Source of the DNA: a virus
Lineage: Duplodnaviria > Heunggongvirae > Uroviricota > Caudoviricetes
IMG/VR virus record: IMGVR_UViG_3300026549_000070
Length of the DNA stretch: 10,975 nucleotides
Strand: one strand, 5' to 3'
Positions 1 through 4,273 of this stretch are shown here, piece by piece. The notes under the pieces are model-generated. The model saw nothing but the letters and a program-made list of their open reading frames with translations. It searched no databases and was not told the origin of the DNA. The first letter of the stretch is position 1. Every line of letters starts with the position of its first letter. Made by a program: the position numbers and the translations under genes.

Positions 1-21
1 GTTCGAATCTCTCTTTGCCCA
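1..21 (+). tRNA. 3' end of a tRNA truncated by the window edge (T-loop, acceptor 3' strand, A73); isotype unknown
   Basis: GTTCGAATCTCTC-TTTGCCC-A; same T-arm wording as the Leu tRNAs at 1234 and 2504. Confidence 0.75.
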
Positions 22-86
22 TCTTAGTTTTATAGCAGATGACGTTGGTGTACAAGTAATGTTGTTGTCATCTCGTTCAACCATAA

Positions 87-166
87 GCAACATCGCCCTG
101 TGTGGGTAAACGGATAGGCTCTAAAGGTCTGTACGGTTGCAGTTCGATTCTGTGAACGATGATGCT
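87..166 (+). ncRNA. Atypical tRNA-like cloverleaf with ambiguous anticodon loop (UCUAAAG or CUCUAAA)
   Basis: GCAACATCG/CGATGATGC acceptor-like stem; D-like arm CTGT-GTGGGTAA-ACGG; TAGGC/GTCTG arm; T-arm TGCAG-TTCGATT-CTGTG; spacing is non-canonical. Confidence 0.4.
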
Positions 167-195
167 ATAATAGGAGGATCGCGTATGACTTACGG

Positions 196-216
196 ATAGT
201 GTAGGAGATACACTAT
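196..216 (+). promoter_or_regulatory. Perfect 8-bp hairpin presenting the Shine-Dalgarno (GGAGA) of ORF 217 in its loop
   Basis: ATAGTGTA-GGAGA-TACACTAT immediately before ATG 217; stop of mini-ORF MTYG (185-199) lies in the 5' strand. Confidence 0.5.
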
Positions 217-519
217 ATGTTAAACGATTATTGCGAGAGCGCCTTTTATAAGGCAAACTTCAGCTACGGTGAATATACCGCAAGACGCGGCACACAGGAA
301 GCTAGAAGATTCTGGTTCCGTTGGGGGAATCCTTGCGATCGTTACGCTCGCCGTGCGATGAAGGAAGATCGTTCCAAGAAGAAGAAAGATTCTCGAGGAC
401 TTATCAGAAACAGATTAAAATCTGTTAATATTGATACAACGGAAGAGGAAATTGATAACATTCTTACTGAATGCTTCGACAGCGAAATCTGTTGTATCAG
501 ATGGTGGTGTTATTACTAG
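217..519 (+). CDS. Hypothetical protein, 100 aa
   Basis: ORF track; AGGAG 9-13 nt upstream; no recognisable motif. Confidence 0.65.
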   Translation: MLNDYCESAFYKANFSYGEYTARRGTQEARRFWFRWGNPCDRYARRAMKEDRSKKKKDSRGLIRNRLKSVNIDTTEEEIDNILTECFDSEICCIRWWCYY

Positions 520-524
520 AGAAA

Positions 525-840
525 GCAAACTCTTTAAACTCGTGGGATAGTTTAGGTCGCGTGAAAACCTAAGAGTACTTGGGGAAATGAAGTATGAGCC
601 CAAGGTAAGGCTGGTATGAAAAATTACCGAGACATCAGCTTGCTAAATGACGGGCGGCATGGTCGACAAGCATAAAGGCCTTTACAATGGTTACTGTATG
701 ATGAATACAGGTAGAAAGTTTTACCAAAAGCTCTAGTGTAGGTTGTCTTAATGAGGCGTGGGTTGAAAAAGTACTTGGCTGTGGCAACTGAAAGAAAAAC
801 TTCGGATTTCGCTGCGTTGTCTTTTTGTTATGATGCAGCA
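525..840 (+). ncRNA. Large multi-hairpin ncRNA candidate, family unassigned
   Basis: No credible + strand ORF; helices TTAGGT/ACCTAA (552-572), CTTGGG/CCCAAG (578-604), GGTAA/TTACC (604-628), GCTTG/CAAGC (638-671), CTGTAT/ATACAG (694-710), GCTGCGTT/GATGCAGC (811-839). Confidence 0.5.
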
Positions 841-925
841 CGGCCAAATGTAGCTCAGATTGCCCTAAGAGCACTGACCTTGTAAGTCAGAGGACGGAGA
901 AATGGCAAAGCTCCCTGCGGCCGCA
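841..925 (+). tRNA. tRNA-Thr(TGT)-like, non-canonical T-arm and acceptor stem
   Basis: D-stem GCTC/GAGC; perfect anticodon arm CTGAC-CTTGTAA-GTCAG; T-arm GGAG-AAATGGCAAAG-CTCC lacks TTCG; acceptor CGGCC/GGCCG is interrupted. Confidence 0.55.
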
Positions 926-928
926 CAT

Positions 929-1003
929 GTTAGGCATAAGTTGTTCCTATTACGCCGATGAGGCACTACACTGTTAATGTATGTTTGCTACAGCTCGCCA
1001 ATG
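929..1003 (+). ncRNA. Y-RNA-like element 1 enclosing a tRNA-Asn(GTT)-type anticodon arm
   Basis: GGC-ATAA-GTTGT (933-944) pairs with ACAGC-TC-GCC (990-999); inside are GCC-GATGA-GGC and TACA-CTGTTAA-TGTA; no T-arm. Confidence 0.45.
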
Positions 1004-1043
1004 TTTCCAATTTCATTAAAAATTGGTGGTGCAAGGAGTCAAT

Positions 1044-1226
1044 ATGACAATCAAACTCGATAACGAGAGATTGCAAGAACTTGCATTCGTGCTAGGACAT
1101 ATGGCACGGTTCCATTTAAGTGGAAGATCAAAAGGCATTTGCCAAGATCTTTACAACAAGATTTCCAAACTTCAACAAGAAATGTTTGAAAATGGAAAAA
1201 CTGTTGCATACTTAAAGGATAGTTAA
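1044..1226 (+). CDS. Hypothetical protein, 60 aa (start moved from 1023 to ATG 1044)
   Basis: AAGGAG RBS 6 nt before ATG 1044; amphipathic helical sequence. Confidence 0.7.
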   Translation: MTIKLDNERLQELAFVLGHMARFHLSGRSKGICQDLYNKISKLQQEMFENGKTVAYLKDS

Positions 1227-1233
1227 TTTTGTT

Positions 1234-1315
1234 CGGTCAGTGGTGGAACTGGTATTCACTTCCGGCTTAAGACCGGACGCCGTAAGGATTGAGAGTTCGA
1301 ATCTCTCCTGGCCGA
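1234..1315 (+). tRNA. trnL: tRNA-Leu(TAA)
   Basis: CGGTCAG/CTGGCCG acceptor; TCCGG-CTTAAGA-CCGGA; long variable arm; GAGAG-TTCGAAT-CTCTC. Confidence 0.92.
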
Positions 1316-1366
1316 TTAAAACTCTTACAGTTTTTGCAACTGTACTAACTAAATATTGAAAATAAT

Positions 1367-1397
1367 TTTTCAGAAACTTCTGAAAAGTTGTTAATAT
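1367..1397 (+). promoter_or_regulatory. Perfect 9-bp inverted repeat followed by TTGTTAATAT promoter-like motif
   Basis: TTTTCAGAA-AC-TTCTGAAAA (1367-1386); TTGTTAATAT (1388-1397) recurs at 2494, 3257, 4604 and, as TGTTAATAT, at 10872. Confidence 0.5.
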
Positions 1398-1420
1398 AAA
1401 ATTATAGGAGAAAGGACAAT

Positions 1421-1555
1421 ATGAAAGCAATGATGGTTTGTAAATCAGTTAAGTCAGTAAAACTTGCCGGTCACATTAGTCTTCCAGTTTCTTTCGCCGG
1501 CTTTGCACCAGTTGCAGCTATTGCCCCAATTTCAGGACAGTGGCAGATCAAGTGA
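1421..1555 (+). CDS. Putative attenuator leader peptide 1, 44 aa: MKAMMVCKSVKSVKLAGHISLPVSFAGFAPVAAIAPISGQWQIK
   Basis: Manual translation; strong RBS AGGAGAAAGGA; stop TGA 1553-1555 overlaps the antiterminator 5' strand. Confidence 0.8.
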   Translation: MKAMMVCKSVKSVKLAGHISLPVSFAGFAPVAAIAPISGQWQIK

Positions 1556-1603
1556 GCCTAGTAAAATTTGGATTTTACGGGCTCAACTAAAAGTTGAGCC
1601 TTT
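1554..1603 (+). terminator. Overlapping antiterminator/terminator (attenuator 1)
   Basis: GAGCCT-A-GTAAAAT-TTGG-ATTTTAC-GGGCTC (1554-1584) shares GGCTC with terminator GGCTCAACT-AAA-AGTTGAGCC-TTT (1580-1603); U-tract is short. Confidence 0.75.
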
Positions 1604-1613
1604 AATGATTTAT

Positions 1614-1686
1614 AGGTGCGTGGTGTAAAGGTTTAGCATTACGGTTTCCAAGTCCGTCGGTGGGAGTTCGAATCTCTCCGCGCCTG
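1614..1686 (+). tRNA. trnW: tRNA-Trp(CCA)
   Basis: AGGTGCG/CGCGCCT; loop TT-CCA-AG; G73. Confidence 0.92.
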
Positions 1687-1702
1687 AAAACTAAAATTAC
1701 TT

Positions 1703-1776
1703 TGGGCATTAGTAGTAATTGGTTAGCTACCCGCTCTGATAAGGCGGAGGTCTCTGTTCAAATCAGAGATGCCCAA
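1703..1776 (+). tRNA. trnI: tRNA-Ile(GAT)
   Basis: CCGCT-CTGATAA-GGCGG; CTCTG-TTCAAAT-CAGAG; exact ends uncertain by 1 nt. Confidence 0.88.
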
Positions 1777-1784
1777 TAAAATAT

Positions 1785-1856
1785 GTACCTGTAGTATAAC
1801 GGCTAGTACGCGGCCTTGCCAAGGCTGAGGCGAGGGTTCAACTCCCTTCAGGTGCT
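1785..1856 (+). tRNA. trnG: tRNA-Gly(GCC)
   Basis: GTACCTG/CAGGTGC; CGGCC-TTGCCAA-GGCTG; U73. Confidence 0.92.
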
Positions 1857-1866
1857 TTCATTTGTA

Positions 1867-1942
1867 CGGGCAGTCGGCTAGCGGCGATGCCACTTGGTTT
1901 GGGACCAAGCATTCAACGGAGGTTCGAGTCCTCTCTGCCCGA
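1867..1942 (+). tRNA. trnP: tRNA-Pro(TGG)
   Basis: CGGGCAG/CTGCCCG; CTTGG-TTTGGGA-CCAAG. Confidence 0.93.
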
Positions 1943-1948
1943 TATTAC

Positions 1949-2021
1949 TTCTCTGTGGTGTAAGCAGGTAGCACCCAAGATTCTGGTTCTTGTTGTCTGG
2001 GTTCGAGTCCTAGCAGAGAAA
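1949..2021 (+). tRNA. trnQ: tRNA-Gln(CTG)
   Basis: TTCTCTG/CAGAGAA; CAAGA-TTCTGGT-TCTTG. Confidence 0.92.
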
Positions 2022-2145
2022 AAATCTTCTGTGAATTCCTAACGCAACACCGACGCGTTATGCGGGAGCGGGAGAATAAACATAGCAGTTCCTCTAAGAG
2101 GAAAGAAGAATTGGTAACAATCTTCACGGATAAGCAGAAGATTTT
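2021..2145 (+). ncRNA. Unassigned structured RNA between tRNA-Gln and tRNA-Ala
   Basis: Closed by perfect 11-bp AAAATCTTCTG/CAGAAGATTTT; internal GTGAA/TTCAC, TAACGC/GCGTTA, TTCCTC-TAA-GAGGAA. Confidence 0.5.
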
Positions 2146-2148
2146 TAT

Positions 2149-2225
2149 GGGGCTGTGGCACAGTGGTCAACTGCACTGGTTTTGCATACCAGCATTTATC
2201 GTGGGTTCGAATCCCACCAGCTCCA
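2149..2225 (+). tRNA. trnA: tRNA-Ala(TGC)
   Basis: GGGGCTG/CAGCTCC with G3:U70; CTGGT-TTTGCAT-ACCAG. Confidence 0.93.
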
Positions 2226-2306
2226 CTTACTTTATTGATTGTTTACTAACTATTCAATAAGAAAAAACATTTTGGGTAGCAACCTGATAGCTAAGGATTG
2301 ACGAAT

Positions 2307-2435
2307 ATGAATTTTTCAAAGATGTCGAACATAGTTAAACATTCCTCATTTGTTAGTTTCGTATTGGGATGCGGTATGTGTTCGAAGATGGTCCTTCGTT
2401 CTCTCTTTGGAAAACATTTCGTATTAGAGCCTTGA
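2307..2435 (+). CDS. Putative attenuator leader peptide 2, 42 aa: MNFSKMSNIVKHSSFVSFVLGCGMCSKMVLRSLFGKHFVLEP
   Basis: Manual translation; TAAGGA RBS upstream; stop TGA 2433-2435 lies inside the antiterminator 5' strand. Confidence 0.75.
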   Translation: MNFSKMSNIVKHSSFVSFVLGCGMCSKMVLRSLFGKHFVLEP

Positions 2436-2495
2436 AGTTGTAAGCAGGAACAGTTTACAGATTTTTCAAGGCGGCTCTTAGGAGTTGCCTTTTTT
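2426..2495 (+). terminator. Overlapping antiterminator/terminator (attenuator 2)
   Basis: GCCTTGAA (2429-2436)/TTCAAGGC (2465-2472) with inner TGTAAGC/GTTTACA; overlaps terminator AAGGCGGCTC-TTAG-GAGTTGCCTT-TTTT (2468-2495). Confidence 0.8.
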
Positions 2496-2503
2496 GTTAA
2501 TAT

Positions 2504-2585
2504 GGGTTTGTGGTGGAACGGGGATACACGCTAGCTTAAGGTACTAGTTCCGAAAGGATTGAGAGTTCAAATCTCTCCAGGCCCA
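2504..2585 (+). tRNA. trnL: tRNA-Leu(AAG)
   Basis: GGGTTTG/CAGGCCC; CTAGC-TTAAGGT-ACTAG (C31-A39 mismatch, G37); long variable arm. Confidence 0.82.
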
Positions 2586-2590
2586 TTTAT

Positions 2591-2661
2591 CCAAACTTGG
2601 TGTAGCGGTAGCACAGGTGACTGAAGATCATCTAGCTGGGGTTCAAATCCCTGAGTTTGGG
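2591..2661 (+). tRNA. trnF: tRNA-Phe(GAA)
   Basis: CCAAACT/AGTTTGG; GGTGA-CTGAAGA-TCATC. Confidence 0.85.
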
Positions 2662-2668
2662 CTATTAT

Positions 2669-2741
2669 GTTGAAGAAGTTCATACGGTTGAACGCTGCCC
2701 TCATAAGGCAGATGTAGCAGGTCCGAATCCTGCCTTCAGCA
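2669..2741 (+). tRNA. trnM: tRNA with CAT anticodon (elongator Met, or Ile2 if lysidine-modified)
   Basis: GTTGAAG/CTTCAGC; CTGCC-CTCATAA-GGCAG; G1:C72 and no GGG/CCC, so not an initiator. Confidence 0.85.
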
Positions 2742-2743
2742 AT

Positions 2744-2814
2744 GTGTTATTCGTTCAACGGTAGGACCGTGGATTGTGGATTCACTGATGAGGGTTCAAC
2801 TCCCTCATAACACC
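2744..2814 (+). tRNA. trnH: tRNA-His(GTG)
   Basis: GTGTTAT/ATAACAC; GTGGA-TTGTGGA-TTCAC; C73. Confidence 0.9.
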
Positions 2815-2822
2815 TAACATTT

Positions 2823-2906
2823 GGAAGTGAGTGAGGTTGGCGCTCTAAACTGTCTTGAAAACAGTCACCCCTAAAAAGGTCGCAAGTTCGATTCCTGTCG
2901 CTTCCG
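2823..2906 (+). tRNA. trnS: tRNA-Ser(TGA)
   Basis: GGAAGTG/CGCTTCC; ACTGT-CTTGAAA-ACAGT; long variable arm; G73. Confidence 0.88.
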
Positions 2907-2916
2907 TCAACTTTAT

Positions 2917-2989
2917 ACCGCGTTGGTTCATCGGCTGGAACAGCACCCTTACAAGATGTTTTAGGAAGGTTCAACTCCTTCACGCGGTA
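2917..2989 (+). tRNA. trnV: tRNA-Val(TAC)
   Basis: ACCGCGT/ACGCGGT; loop CT-TAC-AA; one anticodon-stem mismatch. Confidence 0.88.
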
Positions 2990-2998
2990 TAACAATAT

Positions 2999-3071
2999 GA
3001 TGAGGTAGCCAAATTGGTGAGGCAGCAGTCTGCAAAATTGTTATAGGTGGGTTCGAATCCCATCCTCATCT
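2999..3071 (+). tRNA. trnC: tRNA-Cys(GCA)
   Basis: GATGAGG/CCTCATC; GCAGT-CTGCAAA-ATTGT; U73. Confidence 0.92.
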
Positions 3072-3074
3072 TAT

Positions 3075-3161
3075 GGGCGTGTTACCATAGCTTGGCCGAA
3101 TGGGGCAGACTCTTAATCTGCTGACGAAAGTCCACCGGAGGTTCAAATCCTCTCACGCTCA
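3075..3161 (+). tRNA. trnK: tRNA-Lys(CTT) with long variable arm
   Basis: GGGCGTG/CACGCTC; GCAGA-CTCTTAA-TCTGC; variable arm GAC-GAAA-GTC. Confidence 0.85.
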
Positions 3162-3168
3162 TTATTTT

Positions 3169-3252
3169 GTGCTCGTGATAGCAGAGTGGGATTGCGCCAA
3201 ACTTTTAATTTGGAGTCGAAAGACAGACCGAGTTCGATTCTCGGCGGGCACA
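3169..3252 (+). tRNA. trnK: tRNA-Lys(TTT) with long variable arm
   Basis: GTGCTCG/CGGGCAC; CCAAA-CTTTTAA-TTTGG; variable arm GTC-GAAA-GAC. Confidence 0.85.
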
Positions 3253-3282
3253 AAACTTGTTAATATAAAAAACATAGGGATT

Positions 3283-3650
3283 TTGGCATTTCTAGGGTTA
3301 TGAGTTCAACAAATGATGTGAATTATGTGTTGTTCCATAACGCTTTGTTTCAAGCTTGCGCCTGATTTGAAAGACAAGGGAAACACGAGAGATTGTTGTA
3401 CCAAGTGTACAATAATTAAGGAAACGTCTAATACACGCTATCCTTCTCAAACAACTGACAGAACCTGATACACTTAGAGGCATTAAAGTTTTGAACTCGT
3501 CAAGCAAAACTGCTGCTCAAAGGATGATGAAGCCCGTGTCCCACATGCAGGTCAAATAATGGTGATACACAGTAGCCACTCAACTTCATCAGTGAAAAGG
3601 ATCCCGCCGAGTAGGACGTTCGATACAGATTCTTAGTACTGTGAAACATA
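3283..3650 (+). ncRNA. ~370-nt structured RNA candidate containing a 21-codon ORF (3300-3365); family unassigned
   Basis: Preceded by TTGTTAATAT (3257); helices 3343-3379, 3396-3412, 3487-3511, 3526-3590; crossing pair CACAGTA/TACTGTG (3568-3574/3637-3643). Confidence 0.5.
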
Positions 3651-3651
3651 T

Positions 3652-3724
3652 GCAGATGTAGCTCAATTGGCAGAGCACGGGTCCTCCAAACCTGAGGTTG
3701 AGGCTTCGAACGCCTTCATCTGCT
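3652..3724 (+). tRNA. trnG: tRNA-Gly(TCC), atypical (C33; C53:G61)
   Basis: GCAGATG/CATCTGC; CGGGT-CCTCCAA-ACCTG; U73. Confidence 0.8.
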
Positions 3725-3726
3725 CT

Positions 3727-3792
3727 AAGGCAAAAGTTAATCTTAGATATTCAAGTCCTGATGTGAACTGATATTTAAGACTAACAATGTCG
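3727..3792 (+). ncRNA. Y-RNA-like element 2 (simple long hairpin)
   Basis: GGC-AAAA-GTTA (3729-3739) pairs with TAAC-AAT-GTC (3782-3791); TCTTAGATAT/ATATTTAAGA inside. Confidence 0.4.
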
Positions 3793-3808
3793 AAAGAAGC
3801 TAATTATT

Positions 3809-4246
3809 ATGAAGAATATATTATTATTTATTTGGCAGTTACCACAAAATATCATAGGATTGCTTATAATGCTAGTTAACTTTAAGAGCGTTACTATGGA
3901 TAAGTCCAAAAAATGTTTTAGAGTAAAACACTTATGTGATTGTGGGATATCTTTAGGTAATTATATAATTATCGACTCAGATGTTAACTGTAAATATCAG
4001 ACCATTTGTCACGAACAAGGCCATCAAAAGCAAAGTCAAATGTTCGGTTGGCTGTATTTAGTCTTGTTTGGACTACCATCTATATGTGGAAATATTATTG
4101 ACAGAGTTTTCCATAAAAATTGGAAGTTATCAAAAAGACTATATTGGTATTATAATTTGCCTTGGGAAAAAAGCGCAAACAAACTTGGCGGCGTGCACGA
4201 AATATATATGGGTCAAGTTGAACACTTAGAAAGATTTAATTACTAA
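3809..4246 (+). CDS. Hypothetical membrane-associated protein with HExxH motif (possible zincin-like peptidase)
   Basis: Hydrophobic N-terminus IWQLPQNIIGLL; HEQGH; hydrophobic segment GWLYLVLFGL. Confidence 0.75.
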   Translation: MKNILLFIWQLPQNIIGLLIMLVNFKSVTMDKSKKCFRVKHLCDCGISLGNYIIIDSDVNCKYQTICHEQGHQKQSQMFGWLYLVLFGLPSICGNIIDRVFHKNWKLSKRLYWYYNLPWEKSANKLGGVHEIYMGQVEHLERFNY

Positions 4247-4273
4247 TGTGTATATAGTAATTATCAATATTAT

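Noticed and set aside
945-985. A functional stand-alone tRNA-Asn(GTT)
   Set aside because: No T-arm or acceptor 3' strand follows; treated as cargo of Y-like element 1.
1326-1344. Hairpin TACAGTT-TTTGC-AACTGTA after tRNA-Leu(TAA) as a terminator
   Set aside because: AT-rich stem with no U-tract; insufficient support.
415-1430. Antisense ORFs 415-603, 635-874, 1212-1430
   Set aside because: Shadow frames opposite + strand genes and RNAs.
1945-3507. ORF-track frames 1945-2127, 2060-2260, 2747-2995, 3100-3303, 3298-3507
   Set aside because: They overlap tRNA or ncRNA genes, lack an RBS and have no protein-like motifs; chance frames.
3283-3650. Calling this a canonical tmRNA (ssrA) or group I intron
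   Set aside because: No alanine acceptor stem or CCA end, and no recognisable P7/R-S intron core; kept only as an unassigned candidate.
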